Virus record (IMG/VR): IMGVR_UViG_3300020021_000003
Location: 1,877 to 65,876 of that record
DNA: 64,000 nt
From: a virus
Strand: one strand, 5' to 3'
This document shows, piece by piece, positions 1-10,337 of the stretch; position 1 is the first letter of the stretch; each line of letters starts with the position of its first letter. The notes below the pieces were generated by a model, which had not been told where the DNA came from, did no database searches, and saw nothing but the letters and a program-made list of their open reading frames with translations. The position numbers were made by a program, and so were the translations under genes.

Positions 1-2399
1 AGAAGTTTATAACTTTCTCCTATAGGTAGAACAGAACTTAAAGATTTGTTGAGTCTCAAGAACTTGTTGTTATAGTCCTTATAGTAATAAGATCTACAAG
101 CATTAGCTGTTCCACCAGATTCCCATTTATAATCAGCAGAAGCAAAACCTCCATCAAAGTAACCATTGTAGGTTGGAGATTCTTCAACAAGAATAGAATC
201 TACATTGAAAGAGAATGTTCCAGCATTAACATAGTCCGGATACTTGACATATAGAAGGAAATGGTAGTCTTCTCCCATCTGTGGACCTACGGTAAATGTA
301 GACTGTAGTCTTACCCAATTACCGTCTACTCTGTCTGGGAAATTACTTCTCGTATTGTTAGAGCTTATATTAGAAACTCCCTTGAAGTTAGCATCCATAA
401 AGCTCATGGATATATCAGGACAAGTTCCATTAGGCTTTACCCATACAGATACGGTGTAGGTATGTCCTACCTTCAGTCCCTGGACTATGTTGAGATTACC
501 TGACCCACTGAGAGAAGTAGAAGTACGTACACCTAGTTGTGAAGTACTACCTCCGGTGAAGGAACCTGACGGAGGAACAAAACTCACCAGCATAGTTCCT
601 CCAGACTGGTAACCTCCAATAGCAGACCAGGAAGGTGTAACAGGTACAGGAGTTCCGGTGGTGTTGAGCGTAAAGGTTGTCCAGTATGTACTGGTGAGAG
701 CAGAGGAGTTGAATCCAGGATTCAATGCGTAGTTGACTCTGTCTGCCTTTACATTTATCTCCGCAGTTCTAGGATTGGAATACGTTGTATTCGTCTCTGT
801 GAAGTACAGGGATGCTCCGGTAATCGTGTGGTTGGAAGCGTATACAGTTTCCACCAGGGAACCAGAGGGAACAACAACTGCTGGAATCAGTCCTACGTAT
901 ACTGCGGAGGAAGGGATACCGGAAGTAATGGAAACACTTCCCGGCTGCCATACTCCACCACCAGGATGGGTATTCATATTAGTAATAGTCGCAGCAGAAT
1001 ACGTACTGGCTACCAGATTGTAATTGGCATCGTAGAATACGAAAGAGGCCAACCACTGTGTACCAGCTCTCTGTGTGGACAGAAGAACTGAACCGAACAG
1101 GGCTTCGGCAACACTGGAAGCATTGCGTCGGATCGGTACTAGAGAAGACAGTGCTGGTCGTGTCCAGTAACCCAAGGCTCCTGTTCCCAGTGTTCCCGCT
1201 GATCCGCTGCTTACTATCTTCCCGGAGTACTGTCCTGTGTAAGCGACATCAGTACTTCTGATAACAGTGGCTACTCCATTGCCCGGATTGTAAGGGCAAC
1301 TGCTGTTGTAGATGTAGGAATTCAGATTCAGTCTATTGGAAATACCAGTAGTCTGCTCTACCTGTGCATTGGTTACGAGAAGAGGATTATTGTTCGTACG
1401 GGCTGTCACAGCATTCTCTACGAGAGCATAGGCTGCTGGAGGCCAGTAGCTTCCGTCTCTGTACGTAGTAGGAACTGTGTAAGGATAGGCTCCTGTCTTC
1501 CATGTTCCCTGTACCAACGGATTGGCGTTGGTGAGTGCGAGTAGAGAATTTCCGAAACCTACACCCCATGAAGTAGACATTAGGGGATCTACAGCAGATG
1601 CCGCAGAGTAACTGAAGTCGGTAAGTCCGCCCTCGGGAGTTCCCAGTACAACACTGAAGCTTGCGCTAAGCCCTGCGGACGCGTGTGCGCGGCCAGAAAG
1701 TGAGTTGGGTGAGGATACCTCAACGACACCGTTTGCGGCTGCTGTAGCCCCCGTAGAACCGCTTAGAGCCAGTGTTGTGCCGGGTAGGTTGACTCGGGAG
1801 ATAGAAGCTCTGTTACCAGCGTCCTCAAGTCCCGTGAAACCTGCGAAGAACATGACTGTAATAGCTGTGGCGTCCCATGTGTATGGAACACTCCCCAGCT
1901 CTGTCCATGTAGATCCGTCAGGACTCACATCGAAGTGGAAGTACAGGGCATCGTCATTGCGCAAGCGCCAGTAGGCATGTGCTGTCGGATCGTACGCAGG
2001 CATAGCAGAAGCGGTTGTCACGACTGCTGTGTTGTTTACTGCGTACGCATTGAAGACTTCGTTGGGACCTACAGAGATCTCTACGTAGTTCTGGATATCG
2101 AACTTGATGATAAGGGCTGTCTGTACAGTTCCCAATCCGTTCGGAGCCGGAGTCACCTTGGCAAAGAAGGAGTTGTAGGTAGCGTCATAAAGCGCTGCTC
2201 CTACATAGCTGGGAGTACTGGTAGCTTCCACATAAGGAATGAGGGTTACAGGATCTACTCCGAATACTCCCGCGTTTGTATTCCATTGAGGATTGACCAG
2301 CTCTAACGCTCCACCATATTCCCCGTCTCCGTATCCGAATGCACCATAACCGTCAGGCAGAAAGATATCGATAAGAGTACTGATCTTTGGGTTTGCCAT
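1..2399 (-). CDS. Large tail fibre / receptor-binding protein, 3' end beyond window
   Basis: My translation from ATG 2399 (MANPKISTLIDIFLPDGYG...) stays open to position 1. It is S/T/G/V-rich with carbohydrate-binding-like segments and abuts the stop of the upstream tail gene. Confidence 0.8.
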   Translation of the reverse strand, partial: MANPKISTLIDIFLPDGYGAFGYGDGEYGGALELVNPQWNTNAGVFGVDPVTLIPYVEATSTPSYVGAALYDATYNSFFAKVTPAPNGLGTVQTALIIKFDIQNYVEISVGPNEVFNAYAVNNTAVVTTASAMPAYDPTAHAYWRLRNDDALYFHFDVSPDGSTWTELGSVPYTWDATAITVMFFAGFTGLEDAGNRASISRVNLPGTTLALSGSTGATAAANGVVEVSSPNSLSGRAHASAGLSASFSVVLGTPEGGLTDFSYSAASAVDPLMSTSWGVGFGNSLLALTNANPLVQGTWKTGAYPYTVPTTYRDGSYWPPAAYALVENAVTARTNNNPLLVTNAQVEQTTGISNRLNLNSYIYNSSCPYNPGNGVATVIRSTDVAYTGQYSGKIVSSGSAGTLGTGALGYWTRPALSSLVPIRRNASSVAEALFGSVLLSTQRAGTQWLASFVFYDANYNLVASTYSAATITNMNTHPGGGVWQPGSVSITSGIPSSAVYVGLIPAVVVPSGSLVETVYASNHTITGASLYFTETNTTYSNPRTAEINVKADRVNYALNPGFNSSALTSTYWTTFTLNTTGTPVPVTPSWSAIGGYQSGGTMLVSFVPPSGSFTGGSTSQLGVRTSTSLSGSGNLNIVQGLKVGHTYTVSVWVKPNGTCPDISMSFMDANFKGVSNISSNNTRSNFPDRVDGNWVRLQSTFTVGPQMGEDYHFLLYVKYPDYVNAGTFSFNVDSILVEESPTYNGYFDGGFASADYKWESGGTANACRSYYYKDYNNKFLRLNKSLSSVLPIGESYKL

Positions 2400-4778
2400 T
2401 TACAATGCTCCACTTGCTGAGTACTTTTGAATTAATCCTATGCTTCCCATATTAGCTGGTCCAGCTCCGAATGTAGCGATGTTAGTAGTATCGGCATTTC
2501 CTGTACGAAGGTACTTGCTGACAACTATCTGACTTGGTCCCACGTTCAGCAGAATACGATCTCCGTCTACCAGTCGTGTCCAAGAAGCTCGAACAGTTTC
2601 AACTCCAGCAGTTACCTGCCATAGAGTTGTACGGGTTGCATAGAAGAAGTTAGTAGAGTTCTGCCAGCCGAAGATAACTCCGTGAGTCTTGTGTGCGGCG
2701 TCTACGTAGTCGGAAGCAAAGGTGACTCCTAGGAATCCACTTGGCTGTCCTGTAGCCAGAAGACTGTACACATACGTAGTAGTTCCAGCTATTGTCTGAT
2801 TGGCCGAAGCCATTCCGTAACTGGTTCTCCACAGGTTGGCAGTCGCTGGTGTCGATGCCCAGGTTCCATTAGTGATAACAGAACTGGACACAGCATTGGC
2901 AAGACTGGGCTCACTACTTCCGGACAGGTCTGTGTAGTCGTTGATGAATCTTGCAGCCAGTCCCTGTGTTCCACTGATTGCTGAAGCTTCAACAATCTCG
3001 TTCCCGTTCACGTCATAGAAGATCATGGAACTTGTAATAGAGGAATTAGTAATAGATCCAGAGGCAAGTTCAGCCCAAGCAGCAGAAGTTACCACAGTCT
3101 CCTGTAGCACTGACAGGAACACCCAAGAGGAATTGGAATAGTAGTTACCGGAAGGAGACTGGTTGAGACTGGTCTGAGCAGCTTCGTAAAGGATGCCGAA
3201 TAGCTGGACCTGATCTCCTGGTAAGTAAGTGGTAACGGGATTCCAGGTCTCAATTTGTGTGAACGGAATAGCATCCTTTATAAGTTGAACAGGTACAGTA
3301 GCTGCTGGATCGTAATAGAACGCCTTCCAGAACAGGTTGTTTGCTCCAGGAGTAATTGCTCCGTAAGGAGTCCCTGGACCGGACGGCTTTACCGCACGGT
3401 AGTAATATCCATCAGCTCCGAGTACATAGTTGTTGATGATGTAATTGGTAGCGTTGGAGTAGGCAGGTGTAGCAATTGTAAGCTCGCCAGAGTACAGAGA
3501 ATACCCACCCGCTGTACTGAAGTGACTGGTCTGAACTGCTTCCAGAGCATTCCAGTTGTTTACTGTGCTGTCTGTAGGACTGGGAAGTCCTGTGAGAACT
3601 CCGGTGATACTTGTAACGCTCACGTTACTGATATGACCGATACTCCACGTTGTAAGAGCATTGGTCTTAGGATTGGCATTGACAGTAGTGTCAAGAATCT
3701 GTACCTGTACCTGCCACCATGTGTTGGAGCTGTTTGCTCCTGTTGGTGCCTGTGCTTGTCCTACAGCTTGTACCAGGCACTTGTAGTTGTAGCCGTTGTA
3801 CTGGATAAGATTGTTAACGAAGTACGTACTGTTGACGCTCCACGTATCGTACTTAGGATGAACGAAAGCAGTCTGGTCCGAAGTGTTGAACATATTAGGA
3901 CCGTAAGTGATAGCCGTGTCCCAGCCAGTCAGCTCAGCGATAAGGTTGTGGATACTTTGCCCGGTTCCCTTCAGACGGTAGTTGACTGTCGCGTTCTTTA
4001 CTCGCTGACGTCTCTGCTGAGGAGTAGACAGGTAATCCGTATCAAGTCCTAGCTGCTGTCCTAGGATATCCAGCCAAGTAGCTGAGACAGTGTCAGGGTT
4101 ATTGAGCTGAAGATAACTGTCGTAACTTCCCTTGATCGTGTCCAGACCGAACCCGAACAGGGATAGATAATTCTGTAATGCTATGTTGTCCACGCTTGTA
4201 TTAGTGAAAGTATCAGAGGTGACTATCTTGTACGGCTGCGGAGTGCGGTTATATAACAGCGCAGAGTAGCCTTGATTCTTAAGGGCTAGAGTCGCAGTGT
4301 TACCCGCTGGATACCATGTAGGAACATAACTGCTAGGAGACCAGAAGGCTGAGCCAGCAGCAGGTGTGTGATTGATGTTACCGTTGCCGATACTCGTGTA
4401 GTAGAAACCCTGGTAGAGAACCTGAGCGTTAGTGTTGTACGTCGTACCTGAGTCCCAGGTCGGAGCCTCTACTGTAATGAACATGGAGTAGTAGTAGATC
4501 GTACCCTGAGTAAGTCCCGTGTCATCGTATGATCTTGAGGGTGCTCCGGGCACGATCTCTGCTATCAGCACACCATCGATAGCTGATGACGGATAACCGT
4601 AGATACTTCGTACAAGGTGAAGCAGCTTCCATGAAGTGATGTTAGGAGAAGCCCAGGTCAGTGTGATCTCTCCGTAACCAGTCTGACTGGAGACGAATGG
4701 GGCCACACTGTAATCGGCTGGTTGTGAGTATCCGTAGAAATCGATACCGTACAGATCAACGCCGTAGCCATTGCTCAT
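2400..4778 (-). CDS. Baseplate/tail protein with P2 gpI-like segment and four CBM5/12-like repeats
   Basis: LDILGQQLG...RRQRVKNATVNYRLKGT motif. Repeats of W/Y-x4-Y-x3-4-V-x-Y-x-G-x-Y. Located downstream of baseplate J. Confidence 0.75.
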   Translation of the reverse strand: MSNGYGVDLYGIDFYGYSQPADYSVAPFVSSQTGYGEITLTWASPNITSWKLLHLVRSIYGYPSSAIDGVLIAEIVPGAPSRSYDDTGLTQGTIYYYSMFITVEAPTWDSGTTYNTNAQVLYQGFYYTSIGNGNINHTPAAGSAFWSPSSYVPTWYPAGNTATLALKNQGYSALLYNRTPQPYKIVTSDTFTNTSVDNIALQNYLSLFGFGLDTIKGSYDSYLQLNNPDTVSATWLDILGQQLGLDTDYLSTPQQRRQRVKNATVNYRLKGTGQSIHNLIAELTGWDTAITYGPNMFNTSDQTAFVHPKYDTWSVNSTYFVNNLIQYNGYNYKCLVQAVGQAQAPTGANSSNTWWQVQVQILDTTVNANPKTNALTTWSIGHISNVSVTSITGVLTGLPSPTDSTVNNWNALEAVQTSHFSTAGGYSLYSGELTIATPAYSNATNYIINNYVLGADGYYYRAVKPSGPGTPYGAITPGANNLFWKAFYYDPAATVPVQLIKDAIPFTQIETWNPVTTYLPGDQVQLFGILYEAAQTSLNQSPSGNYYSNSSWVFLSVLQETVVTSAAWAELASGSITNSSITSSMIFYDVNGNEIVEASAISGTQGLAARFINDYTDLSGSSEPSLANAVSSSVITNGTWASTPATANLWRTSYGMASANQTIAGTTTYVYSLLATGQPSGFLGVTFASDYVDAAHKTHGVIFGWQNSTNFFYATRTTLWQVTAGVETVRASWTRLVDGDRILLNVGPSQIVVSKYLRTGNADTTNIATFGAGPANMGSIGLIQKYSASGAL

Positions 4779-4790
4779 TCGTTCTCCTCG

Positions 4791-5468
4791 TTACAAGTTA
4801 TCCGTTGTCGGTGGGGCTCTGTGATAAGTGATAGAGCACAGAGCAGTAGCTGTAATTCCTGTAGTCAGACACTGCTGATCTACTGACATGGTTATAGCGT
4901 TACCCTTAGCCCATGGCAGAGTCATAGAAGCTGCCTGGTGATTGGCCTTCTGCCATCCCTGAGGGAAGTAACCACCTTGGTTTGTTATGTCAGTAGGTGT
5001 ATTAGTTGGTGTGAGTGCGATCTTCAACTGCCCGCCTCTGTTGAAAACAGGCTGCTGGTTGTCGTGGGGAAGGTTGTCTGCATGCCATCTGATATAGATG
5101 TCAAAGGTATAGACACCATCTCTAGGGCAGATGAGTTGAGTTCCTCCCTGCCAGATTCCGTGTGTGTCCCAACTCTTGTTGGTCCACTGCACTTGAGTGT
5201 TGGTCTCATAGGGAATCGTTATATTGTGAGCTGAGACATTGCAGTAAGGATTGGATACTCCTTCTCTCACCGCAGTTATTCTATTGCTTACAGTACTCCA
5301 CGTATCGACTGCTCCGTCAATCGTATCAGTATTAGGAAGTACTCCTAAGGTCTTCTGCGTTGCGCCGATCTCGTCGTACCCGACATTGACGTCAGCAGCT
5401 TCTACAAGCTCTGTATAGTCCTGTCGGTAAGCAAAGGTCTTTAACGCATTAGGGTAAACAGCTGTCAT
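4791..5468 (-). CDS. Minor tail protein (C1q/TNF-like beta fold suspected)
   Basis: 225-aa ORF in the tail operon with a CPRDGVYTF motif. Confidence 0.6.
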   Translation of the reverse strand: MTAVYPNALKTFAYRQDYTELVEAADVNVGYDEIGATQKTLGVLPNTDTIDGAVDTWSTVSNRITAVREGVSNPYCNVSAHNITIPYETNTQVQWTNKSWDTHGIWQGGTQLICPRDGVYTFDIYIRWHADNLPHDNQQPVFNRGGQLKIALTPTNTPTDITNQGGYFPQGWQKANHQAASMTLPWAKGNAITMSVDQQCLTTGITATALCSITYHRAPPTTDNL

Positions 5469-5477
5469 TTTATCTCC

Positions 5478-7007
5478 TTATGCTGATGCTGTTACGGTAA
5501 TTATGATATTACCAGCGGTTGGCAGTTCGTAGGAGCGCATGAGAATATCAGCAGCACCGGACTGTGTGGCGTCACTTCGGACGAACAGAGGAATGTTCAC
5601 GTACTGAACACCTGGAATATTGTACAGAGCTGAGAACACAGAACTAAGGGATACTCTTCCGGCCAGGGTTACATTGCTGGGCGCGAACAGATTCTGAATA
5701 GCCTGTGTGGCAAGGATCTGAATAGACGTAGGATTGTATCTGGAGCTGCATCCGATCAGTACAGGAGAACCTGTAGAACCCACATTGATAGGAACCAGCG
5801 TCGCTGCTGTCGTTGTCACTACTGTTCCCGCGAGAGACAGCGGCTGTAGGAAGGCTGTAACGCTGTCCAATGTCGCCTGGTTAGGAATAGTGTTTCCACT
5901 TCCTACCATGTAAACCGTGACATTGGTGTATGTATTGGCCACAGCATTAGCTTGTGAAACAACTGGAAGAGACATCGCAAGGCTGCCGTAGTCCGCAAGG
6001 GTTACGGCTCTTTGCTGTGTCGTGAATGCTCTCGGTGCATTGACTCTTATCTGATCGATAGTCTCAGCGTTTACTCCGCCTGTAGTAGCGGAAGATCCCA
6101 CAATGGTTGCCCCGACTATTGGTGAGGCTATATCGATAATAGAGTTGGCAGACAGATTGCCTATGACTCCGCCACCTACACGGTAGTTCGTATAGATCTG
6201 TAGTCCTGCTGCGGGAATAGCTCCATTGATATTGTCTCCGAAGTTAATCGTAACAATACCATTCGCATCCACACTCTCTGCCCAAGACAGACTGGAAGAG
6301 TTAGCCTGTTGAAGAGAAGCAACCTGTACCCAAGGAAGAATAGGGTCTACCCCAGAAGTACTAGGGTAGTTCGGATTCTGTACATAGACAGTGATAGATC
6401 CACTGACTACTGGATTGTTGGCTAGCTGGAACTCCTGTAACTGTGAACCGTCAGAGGTTCCCAGGAGTTCTGTAGTTATGGCAAACGGAGCAGCCGTAGA
6501 ATTGCCGATGGTGAATACAGCAGAGCCCTGTGTAATCCCCTGGACGATAGGAACAGTTACCATTCCACCAGTAGCTGGAACTGTAGAGGCTTGGGTAGTC
6601 TCAAAGATGATAGGACCATTGATGCTGCTGACATAGTCTGTGGTCACCTGAGTAGCCAGCGGAACTGGAATAGCTGCGCTGGCTGAGCTAGACTGGAGGG
6701 TCACTGTTCCTGTAGCAGCCAGTGCCTGTCCTGGTGTGTATCCGAGTAGTGCAGCAAGCTGGATTACAGAGGACAACTGAGTAGCTGTTCCTATGTAGGA
6801 TTCCCCAACGATACGGTCACCGTAGTAGGACAAGACGTCAAGCTCTCTGGACAGGGACTCCAAGAGCATGATTTCAAGACTCCCCGGATTCTGGTTGGTC
6901 CATTCCGGGAAAGCTGTTGTAGCGTAGGTGAGCATTGACTGGAGAAAGGCCGTGTAGTCCTTACTCGTATAGTCAATACTCGGAACTCCACTGTTAACTG
7001 TTGCCAT
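5478..7007 (-). CDS. Baseplate J-like wedge protein
   Basis: IDYTSKDY...PEWT...PG, YRVGGG..GN and RAVTLADY motifs. Confidence 0.9.
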   Translation of the reverse strand: MATVNSGVPSIDYTSKDYTAFLQSMLTYATTAFPEWTNQNPGSLEIMLLESLSRELDVLSYYGDRIVGESYIGTATQLSSVIQLAALLGYTPGQALAATGTVTLQSSSASAAIPVPLATQVTTDYVSSINGPIIFETTQASTVPATGGMVTVPIVQGITQGSAVFTIGNSTAAPFAITTELLGTSDGSQLQEFQLANNPVVSGSITVYVQNPNYPSTSGVDPILPWVQVASLQQANSSSLSWAESVDANGIVTINFGDNINGAIPAAGLQIYTNYRVGGGVIGNLSANSIIDIASPIVGATIVGSSATTGGVNAETIDQIRVNAPRAFTTQQRAVTLADYGSLAMSLPVVSQANAVANTYTNVTVYMVGSGNTIPNQATLDSVTAFLQPLSLAGTVVTTTAATLVPINVGSTGSPVLIGCSSRYNPTSIQILATQAIQNLFAPSNVTLAGRVSLSSVFSALYNIPGVQYVNIPLFVRSDATQSGAADILMRSYELPTAGNIIITVTASA

Positions 7008-7413
7008 TGACTGTGATTCCCTTCACTGTTCCGCCGACTTCGATTGTCACTACGTTAGCCACTGCGCTTGTTGTTGACGCTGCTAGGAGTGGTGAGTAGG
7101 TTACGTTGATTGCTGCTAGTCCGTTGTTGGACTCATTGGTGTTCTGAGTAACAGACAGCAACTGGATTCCTGGTTCGTAGATACTTAACTGAGTAGCTAC
7201 GAGAGTCTTCAACCGTGCGGCTACCAATGAGTTGTTAGGATCAAAGAGAAGCTGCGACAGAGGAAGACCCATCGTTGCGCGCATAGCTCTCTGTCCTATC
7301 TCAGTGGACACGATAGCGTTGACACGCTGTGCCACCTGGACATTCTGATCTGATTCCACAGATACCGCTCCGTTTTGCAGAACGGTAAATGGAATTGTCA
7401 TTTGAATTCCCAT
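6994..7413 (-). CDS. Baseplate wedge / sheath initiator (gp25/GPW-like)
   Basis: T.IG.R.MR.T.G motif, 139 aa, directly before baseplate J. Confidence 0.85.
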   Translation of the reverse strand: MGIQMTIPFTVLQNGAVSVESDQNVQVAQRVNAIVSTEIGQRAMRATMGLPLSQLLFDPNNSLVAARLKTLVATQLSIYEPGIQLLSVTQNTNESNNGLAAINVTYSPLLAASTTSAVANVVTIEVGGTVKGITVNGNS

Positions 7414-7430
7414 AATTGTTATTCCGTATT

Positions 7431-8066
7431 CTATAGAAAATAGCTTACACCATTAAAGGATACCCAAGGTGGCTGAATGGTTGTTGTGTTTGTTCCTACA
7501 ATCTGACAGACACCTGAGGAGTTAGTATCTAATTTCAGTGAACTGAGAAGGGAAGCACTCGTAGAACAAGGAGCTGTGCAGGAACGGATAGTAGAACTCG
7601 TCGGCCAAGCCAGAGAATTGATAGGGAGAGTAAACGGCTGTGCTGTATTAGCCAGGTTTCCCCCAGGATAGGTAAGGTTCAATCCTCCCTGCCACTGAAC
7701 CTGTCTAGTCCCCAGAATATCTACCACTCGATACATGACTGTTCCATTGGTATTCCCGTTCTCTGTATAACCAGAGGCAAGAACAGGAGTAGTCCAGTCC
7801 AGTATGACAGCTAGTTCTGGAATAGCTGGAAAGGCTGCCACACTGTTTGGAAAGTACATCGGCTTGGTAAGATCCCCACCATTGAATACTACATAGACGA
7901 TAGTATTCACTGCTGGTACCGGCTGCTGGGAATTGACAGAGGTAGCCCAGTTCAGTTCTGCCGCCGCTGAAATCTGGGGAACCTGTGCTCTGATTCTCTT
8001 GGAGTGAGTAGGATCACTGTTATTCGTGACTAATGCGGCATAGACACCTGTGTAGTTAGGTTGCAT
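7431..8066 (-). CDS. Baseplate spike protein (gp5/gpV N-terminal OB-fold)
   Basis: Y.A.VTNNSDP...RIRAQVP...P.V...VYV.F.GGD...P motif. Confidence 0.8.
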   Translation of the reverse strand: MQPNYTGVYAALVTNNSDPTHSKRIRAQVPQISAAAELNWATSVNSQQPVPAVNTIVYVVFNGGDLTKPMYFPNSVAAFPAIPELAVILDWTTPVLASGYTENGNTNGTVMYRVVDILGTRQVQWQGGLNLTYPGGNLANTAQPFTLPINSLAWPTSSTIRSCTAPCSTSASLLSSLKLDTNSSGVCQIVGTNTTTIQPPWVSFNGVSYFL

Positions 8067-9288
8067 AAGTCGTTGCTCCTAGATTGGAGGACTTCCATAC
8101 TCCGCCGACAAGCTTCGATGGAACAGACTGGACCACTGGTGCTGTCTCTGCTAGAGCACTTGTAACCGCAGTATAGATCTGGTCTCGTCCCAAGCAGGCA
8201 TCCATAGTGTATGTAGAAGCTACAGCACTTCCCATAGGAGCTGGCTTTGTCAACTCATGGGTAACTCCTTGGGTCAGCCAGATTCCCAGCTCATCATTAG
8301 GCAGAGCCGCACCGGTCAACTCCAATAGAGTATTGGGCTTTATTCTTGCGTCACCGTACAGAGTACTGTCTGCTGTATTCCAGTAGAGGTTTCTATTGGC
8401 GTCAGCAGTAACCTTCTGTGCTGCCTCGTAGTAAGAGGATGCTGGGGCTATGTTGTAGTACTTGGTGATAGTCGGAGCCACTGGAGTAGCGGAAGTAGCT
8501 GAAGTATTTACGTCAGCCAGGGAAGTAGCCTGGACCAATGTATTGGTATTAGGATTCAGACCAACCACATTTCTATTGGCTACTACTCCGCCGTCCGGTG
8601 TGATGGTTCCTACTATTGGAGTGAAGCTTCTTATCGTATCCCAGATCCCCGGATTGTTCATGGACCAGAACTGAGGGATATTTCTGATGTTGCTTCTATC
8701 CAGAATAAGCTGAGGGTTTACAAAGTACAGATCAGTATTGTCTATATAGAATCTGTAACCTATTTCATCTGCAAGCTGTGCCAAGAACTTGAAGTCACTG
8801 GTGTTCTGTAGACGGTAGTTGATAGCCGCAGGATAGCTGTGTATAACTCCACGGAAGCCGTTGTTCGTAGCAATCGTTGCAGCAATAGTAGAAGGACTAG
8901 TGTACTTCCACGCCACATTCTTGGTTGACTGCATGACCTGCGACGTACCTGTGATGGTGTACTGGACAGTTGTAGTAGTCAGGTTGTTGTATCCAGGATC
9001 ACTTCCTGTACGTATCAGCTTATAGGAAGCCACGTATCCGAGGAAAGGATAAACGAAATAAGGATTCATTCCGTAATTGATCTGGATAGGAGTCTGCTCC
9101 TTCAAGTACTGCCAACTGTTCTGCTTTACGTTGGCAATATTCTGTCCCACGTACACCACATCCAACAGAGCCACTGCATGAGCGTTGGTCTGTTGGATGA
9201 TCTTTACACACGGTGTGTACTGGGGAAGAGGTTCTGTTCCATTCGTCAGTACTTCAAAGTAGGGAATGGAAGGTACTGGATTAAGCAC
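8056..9288 (-). CDS. Baseplate hub (gp27/gpD-like)
   Basis: SDFKFLAQLADEIGYRFYI and GDARIKPNTLLEL motifs, in the expected gene order. Confidence 0.8.
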   Translation of the reverse strand: MLNPVPSIPYFEVLTNGTEPLPQYTPCVKIIQQTNAHAVALLDVVYVGQNIANVKQNSWQYLKEQTPIQINYGMNPYFVYPFLGYVASYKLIRTGSDPGYNNLTTTTVQYTITGTSQVMQSTKNVAWKYTSPSTIAATIATNNGFRGVIHSYPAAINYRLQNTSDFKFLAQLADEIGYRFYIDNTDLYFVNPQLILDRSNIRNIPQFWSMNNPGIWDTIRSFTPIVGTITPDGGVVANRNVVGLNPNTNTLVQATSLADVNTSATSATPVAPTITKYYNIAPASSYYEAAQKVTADANRNLYWNTADSTLYGDARIKPNTLLELTGAALPNDELGIWLTQGVTHELTKPAPMGSAVASTYTMDACLGRDQIYTAVTSALAETAPVVQSVPSKLVGGVWKSSNLGATTYAT

Positions 9289-9562
9289 TTGGCACCCTCA
9301 CTACTGTTCCCGGCTTTACGGAATCCCAGAACAAGATCTCTGGATTGGCATCCCCGATTCTCCACCACTGTGTCTCGTCGCCGTAGGCAGAGAAAGCCAA
9401 GTAATCTATCTGGTCCTCATGTGCCCAAGTGTAGTAGGAGACATTGTATGTAGCCGGTTCCTCTGGGGGCGTGATGATAATGGTAGATCGGGTAATACCA
9501 CCACGCCCCTGGATTGCTTGCACAGTATTGGAGGCATAGCGACTGAAGGCACTGATGGTCAT
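9281..9562 (-). CDS. Small baseplate protein (LysM/tail-X-like)
   Basis: ID.LA...YGDE..WW.I.DANP motif. Confidence 0.8.
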   Translation of the reverse strand: MTISAFSRYASNTVQAIQGRGGITRSTIIITPPEEPATYNVSYYTWAHEDQIDYLAFSAYGDETQWWRIGDANPEILFWDSVKPGTVVRVPSA

Positions 9563-9563
9563 A

Positions 9564-10337
9564 CTAACCTCCGATAAAGTAGTTGCTTGCTGTTGTTGGT
9601 AGAGCAGTAAAGGCTACGTCTACTTCAGCACGGACAGGAGTCATTGTCTGTGTGAAGTGAGACCAGGTGATGTCTATTTCCTGAACGAATCCATAGTAGG
9701 AAAGTGCTCCTGTGTTTTGTGCGCCGAAGTACAAATTACACGGAGCCATAAGCATTGGTCCCTGAGTAACAACATTCTGCTTTCCAGTCTGCCCCGGCTT
9801 AGGAACTACGACTGTAGGAACATTGGCCTTTAACTGGTTGATACCGAGAAGATTGTAGAACGCTTCGATATCAACACGACAACCGTACGTACCGGCTTGA
9901 GTTCCTATATAGGCGCTGTCCCAGACCTCGAAGGTTCTGTCGAATAGCAAAGTGAAGCTGATAGAAGTACTCAAACCGGTAATGTACTGACCAGGGTCTC
10001 CGATGTTGCGATAGGAAGACGGTAGTACTCCATTGTTCAGGTCGATCCCGCGTGACTCCGAGATGGTCGCCGGATTGTAGAGGAAGTTGACTATGTAGGT
10101 ATTGGAAGAGTTTGCTTGGGATACTCCCGGACCTGTTACCAGCATTCCTCTCTGCAAGTTCCCGCCCGGATTGAATCCAGCCTTGTCACTGATAGGAGGA
10201 CGGACTGCTGTATTGTTTCCACCGATATTCAGAATGTTCTTATGGAACGGAGGATTCTGATAGGTGATGGAACCAGGCTTGCCACTAAGGGTCGGATAGA
10301 ACACACCGCCAGAAATAGGTTCTGTAGAGACTGCCAT
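9564..10337 (-). CDS. Tail tube initiator-like protein
   Basis: FLYNPATI and ISFTLLFDRT motifs, immediately after the tape measure gene. Confidence 0.7.
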   Translation of the reverse strand: MAVSTEPISGGVFYPTLSGKPGSITYQNPPFHKNILNIGGNNTAVRPPISDKAGFNPGGNLQRGMLVTGPGVSQANSSNTYIVNFLYNPATISESRGIDLNNGVLPSSYRNIGDPGQYITGLSTSISFTLLFDRTFEVWDSAYIGTQAGTYGCRVDIEAFYNLLGINQLKANVPTVVVPKPGQTGKQNVVTQGPMLMAPCNLYFGAQNTGALSYYGFVQEIDITWSHFTQTMTPVRAEVDVAFTALPTTASNYFIGG

